Shown piece after piece: positions 49,994 to 63,000 of a DNA stretch of 64,000 nucleotides (positions within the stretch are counted from its first letter, which is position 1; every line of letters starts with the position of its first letter). The stretch covers positions 186,001 through 250,000 of the forward strand of contig JBEWZL010000220.1 in assembly GCA_045837725.1 (NCBI GenBank), read 5' to 3'. The translations under genes were made by a program, and so were the position numbers. The stretch comes from Vermamoeba vermiformis (Eukaryota). The notes below the pieces were generated by a model. It was not told the DNA's origin, did no database searches, and saw only the letters and a program-made list of their open reading frames with translations.

Positions 49994-51688
49994 TTATTTA
50001 TTTATATTCTTTTGTACAAGATGGCTCTTGCCTTTGATTCTGACAATTCTCATTTTACACAACGATGTCAGATCTCTCACATCCGAGTGCATCAATATCG
50101 ATTCAGCAATGTGATTGAAGCCTGGCACACCTCCACATACAAAGTGCTTGAATATACGAAGCCATATCTCCAATGGAAACATGTCAAACGCATCTGAACG
50201 TGCGATCTGGATCAACATTGTGATCGTAGTCACTTTCAGCTCTCGCTGATATTGCCTGTTTCTATTTTGAATAGTCACAATTTCATCGTGAAGTTCGCTT
50301 GGCACGGATCTGTCCTTTGACACCGTCAGATCTGTCAACGAATCATTCTCTTTCATTCCTTCGATCAGTGCTTTATATCCTTTAGTTTTAATAGGCATGC
50401 CACTAATATCAAGACGTAGAAGGCAGGGGTTATATTTAATAGCCTCTGCTAAATACTGACATGCTTCGTCGTTGATCTGACAGTCGCTAATTTTGACGCG
50501 GATCAGCGTTTTGTTGAACTTCAATCCTTCAGCGAGATATTTGCAGCCTTCAGCACCGAACGGATTCATGAACATACTGAGCTCTGTGATCGATCGATTC
50601 TTTTTCAGGGCTAATCCAATCAATTTACAGCCTTCCGCGTTGATCGAAGACTTGGGCAGATCGATCTGGGTCAATGACTCGTTGACACTTAATAACGATC
50701 CTAATGAGCTACAAATATCATTATTTAGGTTATTATCCCAAAATTTGAGGTCTGTTAACGTTGTATTGTGTTGTAACGAGTCTAAAATTATTGACGTGGA
50801 ATCGGATCCGAGGCCGTTGCCGTTCAGATTGAGCTTTGTAAGAGATTGGTGCACTTTTAATACTTCAGCTAGTGCTTCACATTCTATTTTACTGATAAAA
50901 CTGCTTCTTGTCGGGAATTGCAGATCCGTCAATGACGTATTTTCTTTGAGTGCTTCAAATAACGGCAATAACTCGGTGCCTGAGCGGCTTCGTCGTTCAA
51001 TAAGATTTAATTTCTTCAATAAATTATATTTGACTAATATTCCAACTGATTTCATCGCTTCGCTGGAGCAGATGCCGAATTCCGGAAAAATCAAATTTTT
51101 GATATTGGTGTTTCCGTTAATTGCTTCTAATAATGCTGACATGTGTTCTGGTTTGTAACTCAATGACGGAATACTTAATTTGGTCAATGACTTGCTATTT
51201 TTAATCCCGTTTATGAAACGGTCAAAACTCGGATCGGTTGTCGTGTAAGATCCGTCCCGAAGATTGGCTAAACTTAACTGCGCTAAAGTCGTGTTATGTT
51301 GTAACATATCGCCTAGTCGATTTAATATATTGGTCAGATCTGCACCAGCGTTCGACGAATAAAATTGGAGTAGAAGCGCTTGAACGGATTTGTTGGTTTT
51401 TAGAGCCTCGGTGATCGGATTGATGATTTTAATATGCGCTTCGCATGTTAATGACTTAATAGTGCTGTTGTTGGCAAGATACTGAGTGAATAGCTCGTAA
51501 TCTTTCTCGTTTAAATTAACATAATTGCCTTCAATTTTGCTTTTCTCCGTCAATTCCATAACTACCCGCAATACGTCAGTATTTGCCGGGAATATTGTAG
51601 TTGGATTATTTTCGGATTGTAACGCTGAATTATTTGCTGTTTGGGTCAATTTCTCCAATTTTTTTTGCTTGCGTGCTGCTTTTCGCAT
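49994..51688 (-). CDS. RNI-like leucine-rich-repeat protein, paralog B, with C-terminal F-box-like motif
   Basis: Same architecture and nearly the same length as the neighbouring paralog; identical FDMFPLEIWLRIFKHFVCGGVPGFNHIAE. Confidence 0.85.
   Translation of the reverse strand: MRKAARKQKKLEKLTQTANNSALQSENNPTTIFPANTDVLRVVMELTEKSKIEGNYVNLNEKDYELFTQYLANNSTIKSLTCEAHIKIINPITEALKTNKSVQALLLQFYSSNAGADLTNILNRLGDMLQHNTTLAQLSLANLRDGSYTTTDPSFDRFINGIKNSKSLTKLSIPSLSYKPEHMSALLEAINGNTNIKNLIFPEFGICSSEAMKSVGILVKYNLLKKLNLIERRSRSGTELLPLFEALKENTSLTDLQFPTRSSFISKIECEALAEVLKVHQSLTKLNLNGNGLGSDSTSIILDSLQHNTTLTDLKFWDNNLNNDICSSLGSLLSVNESLTQIDLPKSSINAEGCKLIGLALKKNRSITELSMFMNPFGAEGCKYLAEGLKFNKTLIRVKISDCQINDEACQYLAEAIKYNPCLLRLDISGMPIKTKGYKALIEGMKENDSLTDLTVSKDRSVPSELHDEIVTIQNRNRQYQRELKVTTITMLIQIARSDAFDMFPLEIWLRIFKHFVCGGVPGFNHIAESILMHSDVRDLTSLCKMRIVRIKGKSHLVQKNINK
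50011..50224. repeat. 214-bp direct repeat, copy 2 (copy 1 at 48119-48332)
   Basis: Same alignment as copy 1. Confidence 0.9.
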
Positions 51689-51910
51689 CTGGATCTCAAC
51701 TTTTATTCTAATAAATATTAACTATTAACTATAATATTAACGGTAGCCACAATTTTTCTTACTTGATGTGGTCTATGCTTTCAAAGATAACATAAAACTC
51801 CAAAATTCTCGTGTTCACTATTTTTGACATGCTGAATCAAAATCGCGAGGTCTAAAAATACTGTTTATAATTTACAATTAATAATGAGCCAAACCATTGC
51901 TATGAGCAGA

Positions 51911-54900
51911 TTACTCTCGCAAGGTGACGTCCAGTTGATCCAAATCTCGTAAAATCGAAACGTGCTTTTCTTTCAACGTGACGCCTTTGAGTTCTAATGC
52001 TAGCACTGTCTTATTAATAGCTTTGCTTGCAGCATCAAGCCTAAAAAAACTGCATTAGATCCGGATCTAGAAAACTTCAAAGAGTACAAAACTTACAGCT
52101 GATCCAAATTGAAAGGCTTAGTTAATACTACAAAGTCGTTATCCTGGGGGTTCTTTTTGTTGATAATCACAAGCCGGATCTCGTCTTTGTCTTTTTCGCT
52201 GCTCTCGTCGTCCTTGCCGTTATTATGGTGACCTAACAGCGCCGAAGCAGACTCGCTCAGTGCATTATAACTATATGGTCCATCAAAATGTTGTTGGCGT
52301 AGTCTCTCGCGATCAATTTGTTCTAGAAACAAAAAAGGTTAGAGATCTGTTTACAATTTCCTTATTTGGAAATTCCGCTACGCGAAGTTCTATCTGAATA
52401 ATTACCTAATAAGTTCGTCGCTGAGATTGATTTCCTAAAGTCCTTATTCTTTTCAGGCTTAGACTCTTTTCTCGGCGAGTCTCGAGGAGATACAGGTTTT
52501 TCGATCGAGATCAGATCCTTTAAACTCTTGCCAATTTTTCGCATCGACGGTGTTCTTCGTGTCTTCGACTTCTTGCCTTTATAGTAATTCTTAAATATGT
52601 CTTTAATAAGCGTTTGTCTCGTTCTTTCGGTTTTTTCTTTGAACGGCGGCGCATACATTGAAGCTCTTTCAGCATTAATCACTTGAATAATAAAATTAAT
52701 AAAATATTATAGATAACATATCAATATTACGTACGTTTTGATAATAGGAAGTCTGAAAATGCCGAGTTGTGCTCAAAGACAGGCGGATCTGGCAAGAACG
52801 GAGAATAAGGAGGAACATCCTGTTTGTTGGCAATAGCGACTCTATATTTAACTTTATCGCCTTCCGTGAATGGTTCAATCACGATAAAAACATCTGCAAA
52901 TAAAAAAGGTCAATTGTCATCCAAACTTAGTGTGGTCTCTTGCGCAAAGTGTCAAAGTGTCAAAATGTCATATTATGGCACTTACGATTGAAATGCGATT
53001 TGATGCACGTAGGATCAAACTTTTGCGAGCCCTCTTTGAACACAATTACAGCGACATCATTGCCCAAATGTCGTTTTCGTTCAATTTGTTGCGGGTCATC
53101 CGTCGAGTACGGCAACAAAGTTGACACGTGGAACATGATCTCGAAGCCGTTGTACTCTTGGTATATCGAGTACTTGCCGGTGGTGTCAGCTGCAAATATT
53201 TGCGGATTAATATTGATTTCAGTGAACGGAGTTTTGGTCGGTCAAAGTTGGTCAAACGCAAAACACTTACTTTGCACGTCCAAGCCACCACGGAACTTGT
53301 CAAAGCCTTTCAACTCAATCTTTGCACCCAATAGTGTCAAAAAGTTCGAAAACTCCTGGCTCTCCTCGCCTGCAAGACATTCATTAGTGGATCTGACCGA
53401 AATTGAAATTTCCAAATGTTACTTACGATTGCAAAACATGTCGTTTTCGTCGGTTTGTCCAGGAGTCACGTACAAAACACCAAATTTGTATTGCGTGAAA
53501 ATATCAAGTGTCTCAAACATATTAATTTCTTCGGTCATCGGTTCGTTGATCTAAAAAAATACAAAATTAGCACGCATTTCCTAATTAAGTAATCAATTGT
53601 TTAACGTACCTTCAGAATGCGCCAATCAGCGAGTTCTTCTTTCTCTTTGATCACGCCTTGTTTTTGCAGAATATAATACAACATTTCTTTTTCGCTGTAA
53701 TAGCTTGGCACCGTCGTCCTTACGAGTCCCTATATAACCAATCATCAGTATATATATAACTTGTTATTGATCAAGAAAAGTTTGTGGATCTGTTGCTGGA
53801 GTGATTTCCAAAAATAGAAATTTCAATCGTGCGTACCTGTTTAGTCATAAACAACACTTTAGCGGTGTCTTGAATGACTTCGGTGTTTGTCGTTAAATTC
53901 GGTGAGCTCGGCGGTGAAGTCAATGGCGGTTGATCGTTCGGCAAAATTGAAATAATAAACGCCGTGTCATCAGCTTCATCGTGCATTTTTTCTCCCAAAT
54001 AATTCATGTGCTCTAAAGACAGGTCCATTAGTATTAATTAGTACTAATTCATTAAATCTCGTCCTCGAATTCGAATTTCCAGCGCAGGTTCCAAAATTCC
54101 AAAAAAGAAAAAAGGAAATCAAAACTTTACATCGAGAGGGCTAAGATTTAAATGAAGTGATAATTGTTATATGTCTTACTAATACGTAAATAGACTTACC
54201 TTTGTCTTGGAAGTACTGTCTATAAACCATTGTTTCTTCTTCGAGATCTTCAATTTCAGGTACGGGAGTGTTATAACAAACTCCGTTTCTGCCAAGCTCG
54301 AAGTTCCACTCTTGAATATCACATTTAACTGGCGTGTTCTTTTTAAGATCGCTATTTTCAGCCTAAACAAAAAAATCGTTAGTTGCAGATCCGCATCTAG
54401 ATCCAACACTGAAACGGTTATACTATATCACTTGAATCTTGCAAATATATATATTGATAGTAGGTGGGTAGCTTAATAATATACTTACAAAGACATTGAC
54501 CCAGGTTCGCTTGGCAATGGCACGCGGCCTCGTAGACCACGTGTCAATCGGATGTTTTTTAACGAACTCTCGTGAGACCTATAATCAATTAGAATGATAC
54601 AATATACTACCATATATTGTGCGATGCATAATTAGTTGATTGGACGTACCGAGAAAGCAGCGTTCCAATCGGGCAGATCTCCCGCAAAACTGCTGGTGAA
54701 TTCGTAAATGAAAGCATCGTCGCTGGAAATAAAAATGCCTCCCAATTGCCTGCGTAATATCGAATCGTTAAAATACATTAATATAACCATAACAATCTAA
54801 ATTAAGTTCTTAGGCACCGAAATTCGGATGCGATGTTGCTTTTTTTTCCGTTTTAGATTCGCCTTTAAATTTTAGATTATAGGGAACTATTATAAATATA

Positions 54901-57033
54901 TACTGCCATTACTTACGTAAAATCACCGTTGAATTCGCCCATTTTGTAATTCTTTCCGAACACTTTTTTCGCTGCTTCTTTGCTGCTCGCATTCAAGACG
55001 TATTTTGCACCTCGTTTGCAGTTCGCAGCGCGGTATAAATCTTGTTTGCTGTCAACGTAAATTGTTCCGCTGTATCCCGTTGATTTTTTGAAATTAGCTG
55101 CCTCTTGTGGCGTGCCCATTCCAACGACAATAATTTGAATACCACTAATGTATACGTGTTAATAAGATTATAAAACATTAAGAGAATATAAAAATTTAAT
55201 TAGAAATTATTATTGGACTAAAAAAAAAAATCGATGCAGATCTTTTGCGATCCAGATCTGTCATTAAACGAATATAAATTGTCGCTTAAAGCTATTATAA
55301 TAAATACTATCAATATGGCTATAATATTAACCGCTATCAAAAATAATTTGAGCGTCACTTACAGTTTATCGAACAAGTTTTTCTTTTCTTTCAGGATATC
55401 GATCATTTGTTGCGAGAAAATGCTGCAAAGTAAATTAATAAATTAAATAACAATGAAGCCAATTATTAACTGATATTTACCATCCAAAATGTCGCAATAG
55501 AACGACCATGACGACTTTGTTTTCTAAAATTCGTTGAAAAGAAAAAGCTCTGCCATCAATAGTTCTCAACGTGATATATTTAAGATCTAAATAGATTATA
55601 TTAGTAAATTTAGCACTTAAATATCTTTTTCTAGCGATAAATTGGTTATTGAAAGATCCGCAATAAAAATGCAATTCATCGATAAGATCCTAATAAATTG
55701 TGTATTAAAATTAATATCCGCGTACCAGGAGAGTCAATATGCTCTAATTCTTCGTCGGTTATATCGCTGTCGGGCACTAAATCGTAAATTCGGCCGTTAG
55801 ATCCGAAAAAGAAAATAGTTTCTATCGTTTAGTGATCGTACCAAATGTAGCTAAGGTAGAGTCCTTTTTCCATTCTTTGACGCGGTCTTTAATCGTTTTA
55901 GCTGCCTCTTTAATTTTTGAAAATCCATCGCGCCATTGTTCCTAAAAATAGAAATTAACGTTATAACTCGGTAGTTAACAACGTATAGTATTCTTATCGT
56001 GATATATATGCCCATTATAATTATACATAGCGATTTTTACTCACCAATTCCTTCGCGCCGCGTCCATACAATTGAATAATTTTTTTGCTCTTAGTTTTGA
56101 TTGTGATCGTAGGAAAAGGCTTATCCTAAATTAATTATAATATTAGGACCCATATTGTACGAGGGAATCATATTTTTGATGTCAATTGAAAAATTATACT
56201 CGTGAACGACTATTTTTGGATGCGCATCTAAAAAAAGCATTTAATGCAATTAATAAGCCTTAAATGATATTTGCAATATTTTTGCGTATAATTTTTCTCG
56301 AAAATAGCGAGATAAATAAGGTGATTCAATTCTCGCAGTCCGATCAAAAAAATTTTAGATCACAGGACTGCAATTCCATAGCGGGTAATTCAAATTTTTC
56401 GTGTGAATTACAAAAAATACTCGATATTTAGCAGGTAGATCATAAATACAGCGACTAAATTGTACTAAGCCCGCGCATCCGTTAAATTTTGGCAATGAAT
56501 GGTATCTTTCATCAATTGATTCATTAATTGTAAAATAGGTAATAAAATTACTACGCCATTAAATAAATAATATTTAATAATCAAATTATAGCATTATTGA
56601 TTGCGTTAATTCGAAGAACTTACGGTATAATCTACGTGCGCTCCTTCCAACGGGATGCAGGCTTTTAATTTCGCAGCTTTCATGCCTCGCCATGATTCAT
56701 CACTCCAAGCACATAGATATTCATTATCCTCTAATGTGTACCATGAAAGCTTGTCGTCTTTTGGATTTCCCGTTTCAGCCTTGCGCGCAATCCAGCCTTC
56801 TTTGACAATAGATTGTCTGCGCACCTAAATTAAATATGTTAATATTATACGAGAATAAATAGTTGATTTTTAATAAGGCTCGCTGTAATTTCTTGAGCGG
56901 GCAAGTTCGGCACCGGCTAGATTTGCATTAAAATACAGCATTAAGTTATAAATTTGAGGTAGTAATTTTATATTAATGGAGTCACTATTGTAGACCTCAA
57001 TAATCGTACCTCTACAAAGCTGACTTCAGTCAT
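51911..57033 (-). CDS. PH domain + peroxiredoxin-like (AhpC/TSA_2, PRXL2-like) domain + Rap/Ran-GAP domain protein, about 20 exons
   Basis: IVKEGWIARK...EQWRDG (PH); LLRHFGCIFS, IIVVGMG, IYVDSKQDLY, QLGGIF (PRXL2-like); YKFGVLY, FRGGLD, EIMFHVSTLLP, RKRHLGND, LINAERA (RapGAP); all junction phases compatible. Confidence 0.82.
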
Positions 57034-57428
57034 CTCGTAACGGATCTATTCGCTATTCGCGGGCAAAATGGGAGCGTTTAAATACACGAGTAGATTTCCT
57101 ATTGTGATTAATATGGCTCTCTATTGGTTTTTAGTGCGAACAATGAATTTGCATTAAAAATCAGCCGTCACTTTTCATGTCAATCACGAAACAGCGAGAT
57201 TATTTTTAATTTCAATTCTTATAATAGACGCACATCACCTTCGCCTATCTGGCCAATCAAACCATAATAATCGGGCTTGGACACGTCCAAATACTGATTG
57301 CCACATCGAATCCAGGAGAGCTTTACAAGTTTAGCCAGTATTCATTAAAAGATAAGTATTATTAATTTGAGCGTGAGGTATTGCATTCATTGAAAATAAC
57401 TTTGCAAAAATTTAGACTGATTTCATGT

Positions 57429-59891
57429 TTATTTTCGGATGTGTATCTCTTGTTCGTCCTCATTATCCAGCGATAACTCAACGGTATCAACATCAAGCTC
57501 GAGTTGATTATCTTGCTCTTGAAAAGTAATTTGTTGCAATTCGGTTGATTCAGTTTCGTTTGTATCTTCCGTATTGCTACTACTAATAAAGCCAATATTA
57601 TCGTTATTATTATCCTTAATTTTAACGCGATCCAATGCTTCTTGCGTCGCTTTTTCCCAATCAATGCGAAGCACGTAGACAGTCACCGCGAGGGTCGCCA
57701 TTATCAGGCCAACTGTGCCGGATGTAAGTAAAAGATAATAATGAAGTATTATAGAACGTACCAAGGAGGCCGACCCAAACACCATAAACGCCCCAATCAA
57801 AATAAAAAGTTAAAAGAATGCCCAATGGAATTGCAAAAACATAGTGGGCCACGAACTGCGCCACTGTTCCTGGCATAGGTCTGCCAATTGCACGCAGGAT
57901 GCCTGTTAAGGTAACGCTGATTCCATCCAACATTGCAACAGGAGCCGTCAGTGCCATCAACTTACTATAATATATGATATATTAGTCCCATTCTAAGAGT
58001 TCTACAGGGTCATAAAGTAGCACTCGGACACGTGTAAAAAAACTTGCTTTCGAACTTACTCTGATAATCCTATCGATGCTTCGTCAAATGTAAATGCCTT
58101 TGCAATAGGTGTTCTTAATAAATATAGGACTGCTCCTTGAAAAGCCATCCACGAGATTGCTGAAATGATAACCATTCGAGCGCATTTTTTGGCCTACAGT
58201 AAATCCGTTAGAATAAGTCCAAGACAGCCGCTAATAATCTTACTGATTCGCTATGACCAGCACCAAGCAATGCACCTACACGAGTTTGACCGCCGATTGA
58301 CCAACTCAACTTAACCAAATCCAGATTAGATCTGCAACGGATTCGGTACCTCATACTTACTGGTAGAATGAAAGAGAACACTAAGACATTATAGCATATC
58401 GAATGCGCTGCTAAAATAATTTCGTCGCCCAACAGACCAATCAACAACGCGATTCCTTCGAACGCAATGTTCTCGAATAAAATAGCAGCCATTGATGGAA
58501 CACCGAGCTTCAAATATTCCCATATATTTTTCCAAGAAATAGATCTGCAATTATATATTAGCAAGAGCTACGCCAGTGAAAGGGAACGCAAGATCAGTAC
58601 ATACTCCTTGTAAAATCCGGTACAAGTCGGCAAATGCAACTTCTTCATATATACATAGCCCCATAATAGTATGGGCATTATAGTACGACTTATTGATGTT
58701 GACAGTGCAGCACCTGAAAATATAGGTCAGATCCATTTCTTTGTAAATGTTTCACGGAATGACACGTGTCAAACGCAAGCTCGTACCGTCAAGTCCCCAA
58801 CCGTTCCAATCACCAACGCCCCAGACGAAAAACCATTTTATGCCTGCGTTGAATACCAGCGCGATAAATCCAACGACCATTGCTGGCGTCATGATCCACT
58901 GGTTCATTAAGTATCGAGATATGGTTCGATAATAAGCCATAGGCAACATGCCAATAATACTCCACCTGTATAAAAATAATCAGTACCTCTTACCGAAAAT
59001 TTCTTTATTTGAGCAGATCTTTTCGACTTACTGCGTGTACGTGCCAGCTAACCTTGCCAATTCTGGAGGCTAAATATTGCAAAAATTTAATGGATTTACC
59101 AAAAAAGGAAACCATGGTCAGCATACCTGGTGTAACAGTACTAACAGCGGTTCAGTGAACCACCAAAAAACCATCACCGGTATTGTTGATAAAGTTACAA
59201 TCAATAGTGATGTTTGAAACGAAGCGCCTATAAGTCTCCAGTTCTCTAAAGTACAATTTACCATATTAGTATTACTTGCCAAATATGGTAATATCGATAA
59301 AAATGATTGAGTCTCGTTACGTACTTGCGCCGAATGCTTGCGAAACCAAAGTGTCCAATGCAAAAATCAATCCTATACAATATTGTTATGAGGTACATTA
59401 TATTAGAATAAGGATATTATTTCTTACCAATTGGAATTGTAAACGAGAACCAGCCCCATGATCCGGCAATACTCGCTGCTGCTAGTTCTGCGCCACGGTT
59501 AGGTCATCCACGTGATATTATTTCAATTCTTTTAATGCTTACCTTTTGCTCCGATGTGACCCTAGCGAAAGAATGTCGTCAGATCCAAAAAAGAAGCTTC
59601 GGTTGCAAAAAAAAATATCGAACAATAATTTGATTACTAAATAAATTTTACAATAATATGCCTTTTAATTAGCACTCGTACAAGGAAAAATTTGGCTGAT
59701 CCTTAGTGAGTTAAATTGGATCGGATTTGTGTTTTCGGTTTGCTTACCACAAAAAGTGTATCTGTGACAATCATAAATAATCTAGCGAATTCTGCGACTA
59801 AAACTGGAAATGCGGCTTTCAAAATTGTCCATAACTCGGATTTAGCGCTCGTGTAACCCACGATCTCTTCTGTTGCACGCTTATTTCGCAT
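57429..59891 (-). CDS. MATE-family multidrug/toxin efflux transporter, multi-exon
   Basis: Spliced FVGHIGAKELAAASIA, ALDTLVSQAFGA, YLKLGVPS, RVGALLGAG, GILRAIG, GVYGVWVG; 19-nt micro-exon 59543-59561. Confidence 0.9.
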
Positions 59892-60099
59892 TATATTTAA
59901 TAAAGTTTAGAATAAATACTAATTAGAAGTGCATTGTCGTTATACAAAATCATACAAAAGAAAATCTATTGAAATCACTCGTTTTTGGTTTTTGCGCGTG
60001 AACTGATCTCGAAAATTTCTCTTTATCAAAGTGTATCTGTACATTTTCGCAGTATGCGAAATTGCTATTGACTAATTACATCGAATAAATAACACGTTT

Positions 60100-63000
60100 T
60101 TAAGCGTTTAAAGTCGTAGAGGCTTCCGTAGCGGCGACAACTTTTGGAGTAGGGATATTTTCAACACTTTCCTTCAGATCTGACCAAAAACGTTAGAATA
60201 TATGGAAAATATTATATGCGTGTATAATATTAAGCGTACCTTTCTTTTCAGAAAGTTCGTCTTTCTTTTCGGATGTGGCGTTGGATGTGGTTCCGTTTAC
60301 TTGACTCTTCTCAGCATGTTCCTTATTAATTTGAATATCGACGTCTTCTTTTTCCTCTGAGGAGTTGGACTCGTCGATTGATAAGTCCTCGTTGTCCTTG
60401 TCAACAAACTGTTCGATGTATTCGTCTCGTTTCTCGACAGGCAAGAACGGATTATCCGAAGTGACGAGCTGTTCAATAGTTTGTTTATGAAACGGATGTT
60501 TCTTTGTTTCAGTTTCGACCTGAGCGAGAGTAGGTTTGGTGAACCTCCGCAACTCCCAGGCCCACTGTACGGCCCAAATAGATAAAGGACGCATGTAGCC
60601 GATAGCCCGGTATCGGCCTTCAGTGTCCCATGCCTATAAAAGGAAATCGCTATTAGTATCATTCTATACACTAAAGGTGTCGGCTACAACATGCCACGTG
60701 CCACCACGATCGGTGAAAATTCTCACGTGCAGGAAAAAAAGAGTAAAAAGTACGTACCTCGGGTGTCTGGAAAGCATAGCCTTGACGATAGTAAGTCACA
60801 TCGACAACGCCCTTCAATGTTTTGAAACCTTCTTCAATGAGGCCTTCCTGGATCATAGCCCTACAAACAGATGACATTCAGTTTGTGAGGTTCAGTGAAC
60901 AGTTGATAAAACTTACGCGGCAACGCCGTAAGTAGTGCCAGTCCAAACTTCAGCAGATTGCATGCTAGATTTGTCAACAGAGCCACTCAATCTCATGCCG
61001 TTCATAGCACCCATCGTTCCGTTCTTGAACTTCATGACGTTGTTTTCGAAGATTGTGGCCAATGCTTTACGTGCATTCTCGGGCGGAACAACGTCACCGA
61101 GACCACAAGCCTTGCTGTACCATTGACCTGCCAACATGTCCGCTTGAATGGAGTCAAAGTGCTTGCTCTTAGACTCGTCGTAGTTGTAGTAACTTCCGTT
61201 CCAAAGCTTATGTTCGTAGACGTCCTTCGCCTTTTCAAACCACTCGGTGTAATGTTGCTTCAATTCCTCTTCTTCAAGAACCGACGCCATTTGTGCCATG
61301 GCCTTGAGCGCGGCAAGCCACAAACCACCGCAATAAGCACTGACTCCTGTGGCTGCCCAAGCATCGTACGTTTGATCGGGAAAACCTCCGTTCTCGATCA
61401 TGCAATCACCGTCCGTGTCAAATTGTTCCGAATATCTCATGACTTTAACCATAATAGGCCACAACTCTACGAAGAAAAAGAAGTCAGATCAAGTTTCGTT
61501 TTGAAAAATCTCCGTAATTTTTTTACCTTTCAAGAATCTCTTCTCGCGGGTCACGTAGTAATCTCGGTAGATTTGCAAAACAAACTTTGAGTTCAAATCT
61601 TTCCAGTGGTCAATACGTTGGAAGTTGTACGCGTTTGGCAACTTGAACGGATCTTCGCCAGGATTGCCGATGTCGTGCGGAACACAGTCCTTGGCCTTAC
61701 GCTCCATCGTGTCGCCGGTATGCAGCGCCATTCTTTGTGTCGGAATTTCTTCTAGGGTGGCCTTGCCAATATCCCGCTAAAAGATCGTTGGTGTAAGTTG
61801 CCATATAAGGCAGAAAAAGTTTCGTAAAGTTACGCACCTGCAATGACAACTCCAACATGGGCCATAACATTGCCAGAGCAAAAGAGGCGTAGAAATGCAC
61901 GTCGTACGTGTTTAGCATCAAGTACTCGTGGCCTTCCAAGTAAGCAAAGTGACCCATATAATTCTCTTCCGACTGACAGTGCCTGCGTTCGGTTTCTGGA
62001 TCCGCTGGACATCCGTTCGTCCAAATGGTGCCACCATCAGTAATAAAGTATAATTCGTTGAATAAGGCCATTTTATAGTAATGTGGCATCTCAGGATCTA
62101 AATAAAATGTCAATCTATGCACGTTCACTGAAAATTTATCAACTTACCATTAATGATTGGATCTTGCCATTTTTCGATTTCCTTCTCCCATTCACGCCAA
62201 GAATAGAGCGCATCTTGAGCAATTTGAACAGCAGCATCACCGTCTGTACCATAGAAGCGAGTGTACCGACGATAATATGCATTGCCAGAATAAAATCGGA
62301 TCAAGGGACAATCCCAAGACAAAGCGAATTCAAAAGTAGCTGTTTGGCCTGCTTTGACCTAAATAAATTATAATTAGATTTCACATAATAAATATTTCAA
62401 ATTTAAAATATGAATACGTACGACTTTCTTGATCGCAACAGCAGATGCGTAAATTTCGCCTTTTTGAGAAACATCGGACTCTTCTTCTTTAAAGTCCAAG
62501 ACCCCAGAGTCTGAAAATTGCTGCCACAAGTTCTCAGCAGAAGTTTTATCGTTCGCGAGCCACTTTGATTTGAACGAGACCAGCGAGTCTTTGTCTTCCT
62601 TGTCGATCTTAGTAACGACTGCAAAAGACAGCGGGTCTCTGTGAGTGACATCTGCCGGCTTTGCCTTCTTGCCGTTCTCCGTGACACTTGCCACTTGATG
62701 CGAGGTCTGGCGCCAATCGTGGTTCAACAGCACACCGCAGATTTCATCGAAGTTCTCGACGACATCGCGCTTGGCTTCTTTTTCTTCGACAGGCAGAATT
62801 CGTTCAGTGTTGACGATATCGTGCTCGTCAATGTTGTTCTTGGCTCCATTGGCACCGCACGACTCGCTGTTGCACCCACCGTTTTTGTCGTTCGAGGTGT
62901 CAATGTTGTTGTTCTCCATTTCTTGCTTGGATTGTTTTTTGACCTTCTGTCTGAAGCTCTTATTCTGGTGGCCGGCTTCTTTGTCAACTTGATCGCCTGT

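Noticed and set aside
55420-55500. Selenocysteine in the PRXL2/SelU-like domain
   Set aside because: The split codon splices to TG|C (Cys), not TGA, and no SECIS was recognised
50493-61590. Long antisense ORFs (50493-51158, 52940-53554, 60958-61590)
   Set aside because: Shadows of real genes on the opposite strand with no recognisable motifs
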